Positions 17,308 through 26,598 of a stretch of 60,809 bases of DNA are shown here, piece after piece. A program made the translations under genes and the position numbers. Below the pieces are notes generated by a model. The model was not told the DNA's origin. It saw only the letters and a list, made by a program, of their open reading frames with translations, and searched no databases. Each line of letters starts with the position of its first letter. Position 1 is the stretch's first letter. This DNA is from Minisyncoccota bacterium (GTDB lineage Bacteria; Patescibacteriota; Minisyncoccia; Phycocordibacterales; UBA9973), in contig JAGOQI010000004.1 in NCBI GenBank assembly GCA_017991515.1, forward strand, positions 1 to 60,809, read 5' to 3'.

Positions 17308-17808
17308 TTAGGCACCTTGTAACTCTTTTTTAAGCTCTTTAGCAGTAAAATACGAGTTAGTATTGTTGATAACACTAACGATAACATCAAAAACTTTTAA
17401 TAAATGACCTTTCAAAAGATCAATTCGGATGAAGTATCCCTTGTCAGGATGAAGGCAAAATCTGTGCTTTTGTACCTCTTTTAGTTTGATAGTAAATACA
17501 AAAGGCGTATTAACTTTATTGTCTTGAGCTTCAATGCTTTCTTTGATACTTGAAATGCATTGATTTAAGAGGAGGACATTGATTTCGTCATCGTCTCTAT
17601 GATGAAAACCAACCGTTATACACTCCTCTTCACTAATTCTATATTCACAAAAGCGAACATTGTCATAAGTAGAGAAATTGGGAAGTTTTTCTGAATTACT
17701 TTGTCTAAGAAATCCACCAATATCATGAAGGATTTGGCTTTTTAAAGAATTAAATTTCATAATTTGTACATTTTTCTTTACCATAACACGAGTTGTTTCT
17801 AGTGTCAA
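17308..17808 (-). CDS. hypothetical protein (orphan); start uncertain
   Basis: 166-aa ORF. Its 5-prime end overlaps REP copy 2, so an internal ATG (MVKKN.. or MKFNS..) is more likely the true start. Confidence 0.5.
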   Translation of the reverse strand: MTLETTRVMVKKNVQIMKFNSLKSQILHDIGGFLRQSNSEKLPNFSTYDNVRFCEYRISEEECITVGFHHRDDDEINVLLLNQCISSIKESIEAQDNKVNTPFVFTIKLKEVQKHRFCLHPDKGYFIRIDLLKGHLLKVFDVIVSVINNTNSYFTAKELKKELQGA

Positions 17809-17836
17809 ACCTCCCTACCAATTTAGTGGGGAGATT
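17804..17836. repeat. REP-like hairpin, copy 2 (CCTCCCTAC-N7-GTGGGGAG)
   Basis: arms 17810-17818 / 17826-17833 with left flank gtcaaa. Confidence 0.75.
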
Positions 17837-17863
17837 AAAAAAACCGCTCTTTCGAAGCGGTTT
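17837..17863 (-). terminator. rho-independent terminator of the SDR gene
   Basis: minus strand ACCGCT-TCGAAAG-AGCGGT followed by TTTTTTT. Confidence 0.75.
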
Positions 17864-17868
17864 AATAG

Positions 17869-18564
17869 TTAAGCGGCAATAAGATTTCTTAAATGCACTA
17901 CATACTCAGATGATTCAAGTTTTGATACATTTGGATCTGCAATAAGCTCTGGGAATTGCCTCTCTGTCATAGGCGACCTGATAAGAGCAGGTTCTTCACA
18001 AATCACATCTTTGAAAAAGTTTTCCAATTTCCATTCTCCAAGAAGATAACTTAAACGAGCCTTTGCTCTAACATAACCTTCTTCATCTATTCGATAAGGA
18101 TTGTCTACTTCAAAATGAGCAGCCCACGAACTTACACCTATTAAAACAGTATTCTTAAGCAAATCACCGAAAGCCTTTTTAAGCCCAAAGACAACAGTTT
18201 CTGCAGTTCGAACATTTACCAATTCGTGATAAATAATAGAATTTTGTTCTTTTTCTTCTTTTGTATCACCGGCAAACATTTCGTCAGAGTCTCTTCTCAA
18301 ATCTCCAGCAAGCATAAATACAAAATCAAACTTAATTCCTTCTTGAGATTTTTGTAAGAAATACTCAGTCATATCTTCATAATCTTCAAGATTACGAAGT
18401 TCTATATGAATATTTTTAAATTCCTCAAACATCTTTTGAGTTTTTTCTACATTTCTAACTGCTAAATGTATGATATGACCTGCTTTAGATAGGTGCTTAG
18501 TTAATTCGCTCCCTATCCCTCCTGATCCACCGCTAATAAAGAAAGTTTTTTTCATAATGTTCAT
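17869..18564 (-). CDS. short-chain dehydrogenase/reductase (SDR) family oxidoreductase
   Basis: Rossmann motif ISGGSGGIGS, VSSWAA serine, and YVRAK (YxxxK). Confidence 0.75.
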   Translation of the reverse strand: MNIMKKTFFISGGSGGIGSELTKHLSKAGHIIHLAVRNVEKTQKMFEEFKNIHIELRNLEDYEDMTEYFLQKSQEGIKFDFVFMLAGDLRRDSDEMFAGDTKEEKEQNSIIYHELVNVRTAETVVFGLKKAFGDLLKNTVLIGVSSWAAHFEVDNPYRIDEEGYVRAKARLSYLLGEWKLENFFKDVICEEPALIRSPMTERQFPELIADPNVSKLESSEYVVHLRNLIAA

Positions 18565-18572
18565 TTTACGCT

Positions 18573-18581
18573 ACTGTAGCA
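18573..18581 (-). promoter_or_regulatory. extended -10 box (TGcTACAGT), 8 nt upstream of the ATG
   Basis: minus strand TGCTACAGT-agcgtaaa-ATG. Confidence 0.45.
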
Positions 18582-18582
18582 C

Positions 18583-18612
18583 AAAAACAAAAAACCCCTC
18601 AAAAGAGAGGGG
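18583..18612 (-). terminator. rho-independent terminator of the 18633-19127 gene
   Basis: minus strand CCCCTC-TCTTTT-GAGGGG followed by TTTTTTGTTTTT. Confidence 0.7.
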
Positions 18613-18632
18613 TGCTACTGATCTCAAAATTA

Positions 18633-19127
18633 TTAAGGAGATAAAAAGGTTAGTCTAGCCAGCCTATCACTCAGCATCAAATTAAAAATTAAAATTTCTC
18701 CAAAAAACACTTCTACTGATTCATCTTTCTTGGGTTTATTAATCCAGGACTTTAAGCCGGGGTAAATTAAACCTCTAAGAACTTGTTCTTGTTGGGAGTC
18801 TTTAGAACTTCCAATGATAAAAAGTTCAAATGAGCATGCTATTCGACAAGCAGCTTCGACTCTAAAAGACGAACTATCTAAATTGTTTAGTGTTCTTTCT
18901 AAGTGATCTGGTAAAATTTTATCTACTAAATCAAGGTAGTTTTCAAATTTCTGTATAGCGACAGGAAAATCTGTTGACACTCTCTTCCCTTCAGCAATAA
19001 GTGAAAGTTCTGTTAGAACACAATGTAGTGCATTTTTAACTGAAGAATTAAAAATTGGCTTTGGTGGAACATAAGCAGTCCCCCAACCCATAAGGTCAAA
19101 CTTTTTCTGTATTAAATTATTAAACAT
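18633..19127 (-). CDS. hypothetical protein (orphan)
   Basis: 164-aa ORF with its own promoter-like TTGACA-16-TAGAGT and its own terminator; no motif recognised. Confidence 0.55.
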   Translation of the reverse strand: MFNNLIQKKFDLMGWGTAYVPPKPIFNSSVKNALHCVLTELSLIAEGKRVSTDFPVAIQKFENYLDLVDKILPDHLERTLNNLDSSSFRVEAACRIACSFELFIIGSSKDSQQEQVLRGLIYPGLKSWINKPKKDESVEVFFGEILIFNLMLSDRLARLTFLSP

Positions 19128-19204
19128 AAGCTTATTTTTTCTTTACTCTATTCTTTTTCTTAAATATGTCAATCAAACAAAAAGTCGCTCACTGATGAAC
19201 GACT

Positions 19205-19774
19205 TTAACCAATCATTTTCTTTGAAAGATCTTCTGATTCTTCTTCAAACTTTTCCTCTGTCTGTTTTTCTTCAACAAAAGAAAGTGTGTTGATACTATT
19301 TCCGCTATCTTTTTCTGAAGCATTAATCATTCCATCAAAGACATATTCTGAGATGTCGATAAGCCAATTATTTGTAGTTCTTTTTAGTCGAAGCTGTGTT
19401 GGTCTGTCGAACTTATCAAAAAATAGCTGTTTTTCTTCAAAAATCTCAATGCTTAAAATAGTTTCTATCTTTATTAAAAAGCCTTGCTCTACAGCCAATC
19501 CTAAAAGATAAGGAGTTGGAACTGTTTCTTTTTCACAATATAAAAATAAAGCTTTTTGCAAAGGAGCAGAGTGAGATCCTGGTAAATTTCTTAAACGAAT
19601 ATTTAATAAATCTACAGATATTTCTCTCGGACCAATTTTCAAATCACCATACTTTTGGAGAGCTTTTTCAATAACATCTTCGTAAGATAGCACTTTGTCT
19701 GATAGTAAAACTTTCAACCTTTCATCTTTCAAAGAAAAAATTGGGGAAACTAGTATGGTTCTTTTTTGTCCCAT
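19205..19774 (-). CDS. hypothetical protein with an acidic C-terminus (orphan)
   Basis: 189-aa ORF; no motif recognised. Confidence 0.55.
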   Translation of the reverse strand: MGQKRTILVSPIFSLKDERLKVLLSDKVLSYEDVIEKALQKYGDLKIGPREISVDLLNIRLRNLPGSHSAPLQKALFLYCEKETVPTPYLLGLAVEQGFLIKIETILSIEIFEEKQLFFDKFDRPTQLRLKRTTNNWLIDISEYVFDGMINASEKDSGNSINTLSFVEEKQTEEKFEEESEDLSKKMIG

Positions 19775-19795
19775 GTATTTTGTTTTGTTTGAATC

Positions 19796-19823
19796 ACTCT
19801 ATCACCTTGAGAAACCATGTCAA
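19796..19823 (-). promoter_or_regulatory. candidate promoter TTGACA-16-TGaTAGAGT for the 19205-19774 gene
   Basis: consensus -35 plus an extended -10, 21-nt leader; directly abuts REP copy 3. Confidence 0.55.
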
Positions 19824-19860
19824 TCCAAACCTCCCCACCAACTTGGTGGGGAGGTCAAAC
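19824..19860. repeat. REP-like hairpin, copy 3 (CCTCCCCAC-N7-GTGGGGAGG)
   Basis: arms 19830-19838 / 19846-19854, flanks tccaaa and tcaaac. Confidence 0.85.
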
Positions 19861-19886
19861 AAAAAACCGCTATTGTTGAGCGGTTC
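19859..19886 (-). terminator. rho-independent terminator after fusA
   Basis: minus strand AACCGCTCAACAATAGCGGTT followed by TTTTTGTTT. Confidence 0.75.
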
Positions 19887-19903
19887 TTTTGTTTAAAATA
19901 TTT

Positions 19904-22045
19904 TTATGAACGAGACTTGATTATAGTATCAGCCACATTTTGTGGAACTATGTCGTAACGCAAGAATTCCATAGTGAAACCAGCGCGACCTTCAGTCATA
20001 GAACGAAGTGTTGTCATATATCCGAACATTTCAGAAAGTGGAACAACAGCATTAACTACTTGGTTAAGCCCACGAGTTTCCATTCCTTCGATAAGTCCTC
20101 GACGAGAAGAAAGTGATCCGTTTACATCTCCCATGAACTTGTCAGGAGTTACAACTTCTACTTTCATCATAGGTTCTAGAATAACAGGTTTTGCAGATCG
20201 ACAAGCATCTTGTACAGCCATTGAAGCAGCTATTTTGAAGGCCATTTCGTTTGAGTCAACTTCGTGGAAGCTTCCATCATAAAGTTCTATAGAAACATTT
20301 TCCATTTTGAAACCTGCGAGAATACCTCGGTCTAGTCCTTCTTTCAAGCCTTTTTCAACTGGTGGGATAAATTCACCTGGAATAGCTCCTCCTTTGATAG
20401 TGTTTACTATTTCCATAGTACCAATACGCTTAGTGTTTTTTGGTAGGTCTTTAACATCTACAGACTGGTCCATAGGTTTGATTTTGATTTTCACATGACC
20501 ATAGTTACCCTTACCTCCAGACTGTTTAATGTATTTACCTTCAGCACTTGCCTCTCCTGTGATAGTTTCTCGATATGCAACTTGTGGCTTACCAACATTT
20601 GCTTCCACAGCGAACTCTCTTTTCATACGATCCACAATAATTTCAAGGTGAAGCTCTCCCATACCTGCAATAATAGTTTCTTCTGTTTCTGGATCAGTAG
20701 AGACTTTGAAAGTTGGATCTTCATCAGAGAGTTTGTTTAGGGCGAGTCCCATCTTCTCTTGGTCAGCTTTTGTTTTTGGTTCAATACGAAGGTTAATAAC
20801 TGGTTCTGGGAACTTAATACGATCAAGTGCTACTGGTGTCTTTTCATCACATAGAGTATCAGAAGTTTTTGTATCTTTAAGTCCAACAGCAGCTGCAATT
20901 TCTCCAGCAAAAACCTTTTTTACTTCTTCTCTTTGATCAGCTTGCATACGCACAATACGAGAAAGTCTTTCTTTATTTCCTGTTCGAGGATTATAAACAT
21001 AAGAACCAGCTTCAATGCTTCCAGAATAAACACGGAAGAAAACAAGTTGTCCTACGAATGGATCAACCATAGATTTGAAGGCAAGAGCTGAAAATGGAGC
21101 TTTGTCATCTGCAGGCAAAGATACTGGTTCTTCTGTATCTGGATTAATACCTGTTACTGGTTTGATATCTGTCGGAGCAGGAAGATAGTCAACAACAGCG
21201 TCGAGGACTAGTTGAACTCCTTTGTTCTTAAGAGCAGACCCTGCATATACTGGGAAAATAGCGTTATCAATAACAGCTTTTCGAAGAGTCTTTTTGAGTT
21301 CTGGAAGAGTTGGTACTGTACCATCTAAATAAGCCGCCATTTGGTCGTCATCATTTTCGACAATTCTTTCTACAAGTTCTTCATGGTATTTTTTAGCATC
21401 AGCTAACATATCTTCTGGAATTTCTTTTTGAATAACTTTGTTACCCATTTCTCCTTCGAAGTAATAAGCTTTCATTTCAATCAAATCCACAACACCTTCA
21501 TGTTTTTCCTCAAGACCAATAGGAATTTGTACACGAACTGCCTTTTTAGATAGTCGGTCCAAAATAGTTTTGTATGAGTGCTCAAAAGAGGCACCTGTAC
21601 GATCGAGTTTATTCACAAAACAAATACGAGGAACATTGGCTTCGTCAGCATAACGCCAGTTGGTCTCACTTTGAGGTTCAACACCTGCAACACCGTCGAA
21701 AACAACAACGGCACCGTCGAGTACGCGAAGAGACCGCTTTACTTCAACAGTAAAGTCGATGTGTCCAGGAGTATCAATAATATTAAATCTGTAAGCATTT
21801 TTCTTGTCTTGAGCAGAGTATGTAGGAATCCAGTTACAAGTAACAGCTGCTGAAGTAATAGTGATACCTCGTTCTCGCTCTTGTTCCATCCAGTCTGTAG
21901 TAGTCTCACCATCGTGCACTTCACCGATTTTGTGACTCATACCTGTATAGTAAAGTACGCGCTCTGAAGTTGTTGTTTTACCCGCATCAATGTGGGCGAT
22001 AATTCCGAAGTTTCGGGTTCTCTCTAATGAATATTCTCGTTCCAT
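19904..22045 (-). CDS. fusA: elongation factor G
   Basis: 713 aa; [21 protein letters not shown], domain IV/V signatures. Confidence 0.98.
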   Translation of the reverse strand: MEREYSLERTRNFGIIAHIDAGKTTTSERVLYYTGMSHKIGEVHDGETTTDWMEQERERGITITSAAVTCNWIPTYSAQDKKNAYRFNIIDTPGHIDFTVEVKRSLRVLDGAVVVFDGVAGVEPQSETNWRYADEANVPRICFVNKLDRTGASFEHSYKTILDRLSKKAVRVQIPIGLEEKHEGVVDLIEMKAYYFEGEMGNKVIQKEIPEDMLADAKKYHEELVERIVENDDDQMAAYLDGTVPTLPELKKTLRKAVIDNAIFPVYAGSALKNKGVQLVLDAVVDYLPAPTDIKPVTGINPDTEEPVSLPADDKAPFSALAFKSMVDPFVGQLVFFRVYSGSIEAGSYVYNPRTGNKERLSRIVRMQADQREEVKKVFAGEIAAAVGLKDTKTSDTLCDEKTPVALDRIKFPEPVINLRIEPKTKADQEKMGLALNKLSDEDPTFKVSTDPETEETIIAGMGELHLEIIVDRMKREFAVEANVGKPQVAYRETITGEASAEGKYIKQSGGKGNYGHVKIKIKPMDQSVDVKDLPKNTKRIGTMEIVNTIKGGAIPGEFIPPVEKGLKEGLDRGILAGFKMENVSIELYDGSFHEVDSNEMAFKIAASMAVQDACRSAKPVILEPMMKVEVVTPDKFMGDVNGSLSSRRGLIEGMETRGLNQVVNAVVPLSEMFGYMTTLRSMTEGRAGFTMEFLRYDIVPQNVADTIIKSRS

Positions 22046-22330
22046 AAATAATAATTGTTTTGTGATTTAAATAATAATGACTGCCAAGGCAGTTCAAGTG
22101 TCAATACTGTACAGCTAAATAGTGATTTTTGCAACACAAAACCCCTGGGCGAACCATGGGGTTTTTTAACCAAAACCAACTGCTATATGAGAAGATTGAA
22201 ATAATTTCTTTAATAAAGCACTCACTGTAGAAACAGGGTGCTTTTTTGTCGCTGAGACCAACTGCTCAGTAAGTCTAGCGCATTAAACCTTATCTTATGA
22301 AAATTCTCTTTTAGCTTAGCACACCTTCAG

Positions 22331-22366
22331 AAAAAGAAAAGACCCTCCGCCAACTGGCGGAGGGTC
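22331..22366 (-). terminator. rho-independent terminator after rpsG (bidirectional shape)
   Basis: GACCCTCCGCC-AGTT-GGCGGAGGGTC flanked by A- and T-runs. Confidence 0.8.
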
Positions 22367-22383
22367 TTTTCTTTTGAGTCTTT

Positions 22384-22854
22384 TTACCAAGCGAAGTGAG
22401 CGAAAGCTTTGTTTGATTCTGCCATTTTGTGAGTATCTTTCTTTTTCTTAACAGCATTTCCTTCACCTTTAGAAGCTTGAATGAATTCGTCTGCTAGGGC
22501 AACAGAAGTCTTAACTCCTTTGCGTCCTCGTGCGCTTTCGATAATCCATCTCATAGCCAATGCTTGTCTTCTTTCTGTACGAACTTCTCGAGGAACTTGG
22601 TAGTTTGCTCCACCAATACGGCGAGAACGAACTTCAACTAGTGGACCAGCATTTTTAAGAGCTGATTCAAAAACTTCCATAGGATCTTCTATACCCTCTT
22701 TCTCTTTTACAATATCTAATGCATCATAAACATTAGTTCGAGCTGTATTTTTCTTACCATCCCACATAATACAGTTAATAAATTTCTCAAGTTTAAGAGA
22801 ACCGTACTTAATGTCCGGAGAAACCATATTTCGATTTGTTACTTTTCTTCGCAT
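22384..22854 (-). CDS. rpsG: 30S ribosomal protein S7
   Basis: 156 aa; VEVRSRRIGGANYQVP, ends AHFAW. Confidence 0.95.
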   Translation of the reverse strand: MRRKVTNRNMVSPDIKYGSLKLEKFINCIMWDGKKNTARTNVYDALDIVKEKEGIEDPMEVFESALKNAGPLVEVRSRRIGGANYQVPREVRTERRQALAMRWIIESARGRKGVKTSVALADEFIQASKGEGNAVKKKKDTHKMAESNKAFAHFAW

Positions 22855-22872
22855 AATAATTTTTATTTATGA

Positions 22873-23295
22873 TTACTTCTTAGCAGCTTTAGGACGCTTT
22901 GTTCCATACATAGAACGACTCTTTCGACGCTTATCAATACCTTGAGTATCGAGAACACCACGAACGATGTGATAACGAACTCCAATCAAGTCTTTAACAC
23001 GACCACCTCGGAGCATTACCACTGAGTGCTCTTGTAGATTGTGACCTTCACCTGGAATATAAGCTGTTACTTCTTGTCCGTTTGTAAGTCTTACACGAGC
23101 TATCTTTCGAACCGCTGAGTTAGGCTTCTTTGGAGTAGTAGTAGACACCTTTACACATACACCTCTTTTGAAAGGAGATGGGTAAAATACTGGTTTATTG
23201 TGAATGTGGTTCATTCCACGAGAAAGAGCAACCGCTTTACTCTTTCGGACTTGCTTTGTTCGAGGCTTTTTTATTAGCTGATTTATAGTTGCCAT
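22873..23295 (-). CDS. rpsL: 30S ribosomal protein S12
   Basis: [38 protein letters not shown]. Confidence 0.97.
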   Translation of the reverse strand: MATINQLIKKPRTKQVRKSKAVALSRGMNHIHNKPVFYPSPFKRGVCVKVSTTTPKKPNSAVRKIARVRLTNGQEVTAYIPGEGHNLQEHSVVMLRGGRVKDLIGVRYHIVRGVLDTQGIDKRRKSRSMYGTKRPKAAKK

Positions 23296-23322
23296 GTGTC
23301 TGCTATCCTACTATATAAGTGA

Positions 23323-23946
23323 CTAGAGTGCAATACCTGTCAGCAAGGTAAATAGATTAAAGGCTAAAGGCGCTACAAACTTCCAGCCTAAAAATAGAAA
23401 AGCTATCAAAAGAGGAAGACTGTACTGTTCTAATACTCTCAGCTGGGGTTCAAAACGAGCAGGCAAAACAGCACTTAAAAATCTGAAACCATCCAAAGGT
23501 GCAATAGGAATAGCATTAAACAATGCCAAGACTATATTAAGTAGAACAATAATACTCGCAATATCAAAAAAGGCCAAAGAGTTGATACCCAAAGACATGA
23601 AGACTCTAATAGCTAGTCCAAAAATAATAGCAATAGAAAGGTTTACTACTATTCCCGCGATAGAGACAATAGCTACACTTTTATTCCCTCTTTTTAAATT
23701 TGCTGGATTATACGGCACAGGCTTTGCCCAACCTACAACAAAACCGGTCCCTGAAATAATCAATATTGCTGGCAGTATTACAGAACCAAACCAATCTAAG
23801 TGTTTCAAAGGGTTTAGTGTAATACGCCCAAGCATTCGAGCTGTTGGATCTCCTTCCCTTTCTGCAGCAAGACCGTGAGCAACTTCGTGCACAATAATAG
23901 AGATAATGAGAACTAGAAAATAAAATATTGAAAGTGGTCCGGACAT
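23323..23946 (-). CDS. site-2 protease (M50) family membrane metalloprotease
   Basis: HEVAHGLAA (HExxH) in a TM helix and NAIPIAPLDG (NxxPxxxLDG). Confidence 0.8.
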   Translation of the reverse strand: MSGPLSIFYFLVLIISIIVHEVAHGLAAEREGDPTARMLGRITLNPLKHLDWFGSVILPAILIISGTGFVVGWAKPVPYNPANLKRGNKSVAIVSIAGIVVNLSIAIIFGLAIRVFMSLGINSLAFFDIASIIVLLNIVLALFNAIPIAPLDGFRFLSAVLPARFEPQLRVLEQYSLPLLIAFLFLGWKFVAPLAFNLFTLLTGIAL

Positions 23947-23987
23947 GTATATAACTATACGAGAAAAACATTAATTGAACAACAAAA

Positions 23988-23996
23988 TGTTACAAT
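23988..23996 (+). promoter_or_regulatory. extended -10 box (TGtTACAAT), 9 nt upstream of the ATG
   Basis: TGTTACAAT-tcaaaaatc-ATG. Confidence 0.5.
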
Positions 23997-24005
23997 TCAA
24001 AAATC

Positions 24006-25022
24006 ATGGAAGAAACTAAAATAAAACTTACTTTTATACAAGGACTAAAAAACATAGTTTTAGAAGAAATATTAAATAACCCAAAATTAAGAACCATCTA
24101 CCAAGGAGGCGATGCTGTTTATTTAGATTTTAATTCAAATATTAATGAGGTCTTACAATTAAAAAGTATTCTAAATGCTTATATTATAAAACAAGGAGAC
24201 AATCTAAATCCTTATTTTTTATCTAAACATAAGTCTTACATTGGAGAGCTTATTGAATTTGTATTGAAACACTCTTCAGGATTTAAAAGTTTTAAACTTA
24301 GTTGCGCTGGACCAGACTCTAAAGAAGTCCGTTCTATAAAAAGGTTTATAACTGACACATATAAAATAGAAGAGTCAGAAGAAGCTGATATGGAACTCTT
24401 TATTGGTAAATCAAATAGTACTTGGGAACTTGGAGTACGAATCACAAACAGACCTCTTTCTCTAAGAGAATACAAAGTAGAAAATATCAAAGGAGGACTT
24501 AACCCAACAATTGCATATGCAATAAATACTTTTTGTAATCTCAGTTTTGCAAAATCCTATTTAAATATATTTTCTGGTAGCGCAACACTTTTAATAGAAG
24601 CTGGGTTAATAAATAAAAGTTTAAAGTTAATTGGCTTTGATAATAATGGCAAAAGTAATGCTCTTGCTGTTAAAAACATAAAAAAAGCAGGATTAATAAA
24701 ATCAATACAACTCAAAACAGAGGATATTTTTAATAAACCCGAACTAGGCAAATTTGATGTCATAACCTCAGATTTACCATTTGGTATGCAAATCTCTAAA
24801 GGTGAAAATTTAGAAAAATTATATGAAACATTTATAGAATATAGTGAGCATTCAATAAACCAAGATGGAATACTTGCTGTATACACAACGGAATACGATC
24901 TGCTGTCTAAAATAATTGAAAAATCAAAATTCTCTGTTGTCGAAACCCTTGATTTGAAAGTATCAACTGTAGTAAATAGCTATATTTATCCTAAAGTTTT
25001 TATTTGTAAACTCAAATCCTAG
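24006..25022 (+). CDS. THUMP-domain RNA methyltransferase (UPF0020-type, N2-guanine/N6-adenine class)
   Basis: 338 aa; the N-terminal half resembles THUMP; SAM motif I-like NIFSGSATLLIEAG and motif IV SDLPFG (DPPY-like). Confidence 0.6.
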   Translation: MEETKIKLTFIQGLKNIVLEEILNNPKLRTIYQGGDAVYLDFNSNINEVLQLKSILNAYIIKQGDNLNPYFLSKHKSYIGELIEFVLKHSSGFKSFKLSCAGPDSKEVRSIKRFITDTYKIEESEEADMELFIGKSNSTWELGVRITNRPLSLREYKVENIKGGLNPTIAYAINTFCNLSFAKSYLNIFSGSATLLIEAGLINKSLKLIGFDNNGKSNALAVKNIKKAGLIKSIQLKTEDIFNKPELGKFDVITSDLPFGMQISKGENLEKLYETFIEYSEHSINQDGILAVYTTEYDLLSKIIEKSKFSVVETLDLKVSTVVNSYIYPKVFICKLKS

Positions 25023-25046
25023 CTACTTGCTAGAGAAAGTTCATTG

Positions 25047-25055
25047 TGTTATTAT
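25047..25055 (+). promoter_or_regulatory. extended -10 box (TGtTATTAT), 9 nt upstream of the rpmB ATG
   Basis: TGTTATTAT-gcacccact-ATG. Confidence 0.45.
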
Positions 25056-25064
25056 GCACCCACT

Positions 25065-25310
25065 ATGGCAAAAGAGTGTGTTGTAACAAAAAAATCATCT
25101 CTAGTCGGTGGGCGCTATGCTAACCAAACTCGTGCGACTGTTTTCACCCCAACAGGGTCTGTTCGTCGTTATGCCAATCTTCAAAAGAAAAGAGTTTTTG
25201 TACCTGAGCTAAACAAGACTGTAGTAGTGACTATCTCTCCACAAGGACTACGCACTATCAAGAAAAACGGTGCTTACTCTACCCTAAAAAAAGCTGGCGT
25301 TCTGAAATAA
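25065..25310 (+). CDS. rpmB: 50S ribosomal protein L28
   Basis: MAKECVVTKKSSLVGGRYANQTRAT ... NLQKKRVFVPELNK; start set to the ATG at 25065. Confidence 0.85.
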   Translation: MAKECVVTKKSSLVGGRYANQTRATVFTPTGSVRRYANLQKKRVFVPELNKTVVVTISPQGLRTIKKNGAYSTLKKAGVLK

Positions 25311-25313
25311 TCA

Positions 25314-25338
25314 AAAAACACCAAATCTGGTGTTTTTT
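25314..25338 (+). terminator. rho-independent terminator after rpmB
   Basis: AAAAACACCA-AATC-TGGTGTTTTTT. Confidence 0.8.
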
Positions 25339-25370
25339 AAATTTAGGTGTAAAGTGAAAGAAAAAAACCA

Positions 25371-25571
25371 ATGGAAATAATGACTGCTCTACAGAAGATA
25401 CTGGAAAGTATCTTAAAAACAAAGAGATTAAAATGTGCCTGGTGTAAAAATACCTTTCCGGAACAATATTCGGAAAAGCACAAAGAAAGATGCCCTCATT
25501 ACAAACCTGTGCCAACAGTTACAGGTATTGATAAAACTGGAGGTAAAAAACGAACAGAAAAAAGTTACTAA
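25371..25571 (+). CDS. small Cys/His-containing protein (possible zinc-binding), unknown function
   Basis: 66 aa; CAWC ... HKERCPH spacing suggests a CCHC/CCCH knuckle; basic C-terminus. Confidence 0.4.
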   Translation: MEIMTALQKILESILKTKRLKCAWCKNTFPEQYSEKHKERCPHYKPVPTVTGIDKTGGKKRTEKSY

Positions 25572-25599
25572 AAAAGCCACAAAACTATTTTGCGGCTTT

Positions 25600-26475
25600 T
25601 TATTTCCCTGCTTGCGCAGACAGGTTATACCACTTCGCTCCATCCGTTTCGAAAGTTATACTTCCTGATTCGGCAGTTGAAACATAAGGAATGTTAAATT
25701 GTTTCAAAAGATCTAGGACTTCTTTGTGTGGGTGTCCATAAGAATTATCTTTAGCAGCAGATATTATAGAAAGTACTGGAGTAGTTACCTTAAGATATGC
25801 TGCGGTTGTAGAGGTACGAGAGCCATGGTGTCCGAGCTTTAAAATATCAACATTAAGAAGTTCAGGTACAGACTTGGCTAAGTACTGCTCAATAGGCGCC
25901 GGTGAATCCCCGGTAAACAAAATGCTTCTCTCTCCTGAAACAAACTTCCCTACTACTGAACCAGTATTTGTTTCCCAACCTGACACATCTCTATCGGGAA
26001 ATAAAACTAAAAAGTATTCCTCCCCAGAGAAATCAAACTTCATGCCAGATCTTACAAAATAACTAGGAACACCTTTCTCTTTTATCAAATTCATCAATCC
26101 TTTGTACTCATCTGTCTCTCCTCCGACTTCTGAAGTCAGGAACATATCAACTTTGTATCTCTTCAAAACTTCGTCGAGTCCTCCAATATGATCCGCATCT
26201 GGATGAGTCGCGAGGACTATATCTATAGTTTTATCATTCCAAGACATTACTTTTGAAAGCTCTCCAAGCACCATCGAGTCCCTTCCTCCATCTATCAGCA
26301 TTTGTTTACCATTGCTTGTTTCTATAAAAAAGCTGTCACCTTGTCCAACATCAAATATATAAACCTTGGACATTTTCTCTTCTATTTTTTGATTATCGGA
26401 AGAAAAAACCAGTCCTACAGATAAGGCGCAAATAATTATGAAAAATATACCTATTCGAGCAGTCTTGGAATTCAT
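25600..26475 (-). CDS. membrane-anchored metallo-beta-lactamase-fold protein, stand-alone ComEC C-terminal-domain type
   Basis: N-terminal TM helix; VYIFDVGQGDSFFIE ... VLATHPDADHIGG ... KLGHHGS. Confidence 0.8.
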   Translation of the reverse strand: MNSKTARIGIFFIIICALSVGLVFSSDNQKIEEKMSKVYIFDVGQGDSFFIETSNGKQMLIDGGRDSMVLGELSKVMSWNDKTIDIVLATHPDADHIGGLDEVLKRYKVDMFLTSEVGGETDEYKGLMNLIKEKGVPSYFVRSGMKFDFSGEEYFLVLFPDRDVSGWETNTGSVVGKFVSGERSILFTGDSPAPIEQYLAKSVPELLNVDILKLGHHGSRTSTTAAYLKVTTPVLSIISAAKDNSYGHPHKEVLDLLKQFNIPYVSTAESGSITFETDGAKWYNLSAQAGK

Positions 26476-26596
26476 CCCGTTAGAGGTAGGACATTTTTAA
26501 ATGTCCGTCCGTGTTATTAATATTAATTTTGACCTTAATTGTTTTAAAACGATATTTCATACTTGTATAACTAACATGGTACACCTCTAACGGGAT
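26474..26596. repeat. perfect 14-bp inverted repeat bracketing the whole divergent intergenic region
   Basis: atcccgttagaggt (26474-26487) and acctctaacgggat (26583-26596); an internal palindrome ggacattt-tt-aaatgtcc lies at 26489-26506. Confidence 0.85.
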
Positions 26597-26598
26597 TC

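Noticed and set aside
17142-17390. 82-aa ORF between tuf and the 17308-17808 gene
   Set aside because: It overlaps the 3-prime end of the neighbouring ORF and runs through that gene's terminator hairpin (17264-17289). It is unlikely to be translated.
22216-22247. CIRCE-like (HrcA operator) inverted repeat AAAGCACTC-N12-GGGTGCTTT
   Set aside because: The spacer is 12 nt rather than 9, the arms deviate from TTAGCACTC/GAGTGCTAA, and there is no chaperone gene downstream. It is treated as a hairpin or terminator only.
26489-26506. Shared ATGTCC/GGACAT half-sites between the palindrome at 26489-26506 and the nusA-leader hairpin at 46362-46392
   Set aside because: Only 6-7-mers are shared and their arrangements differ. 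Matches of this length are expected by chance in 60 kb on both strands.
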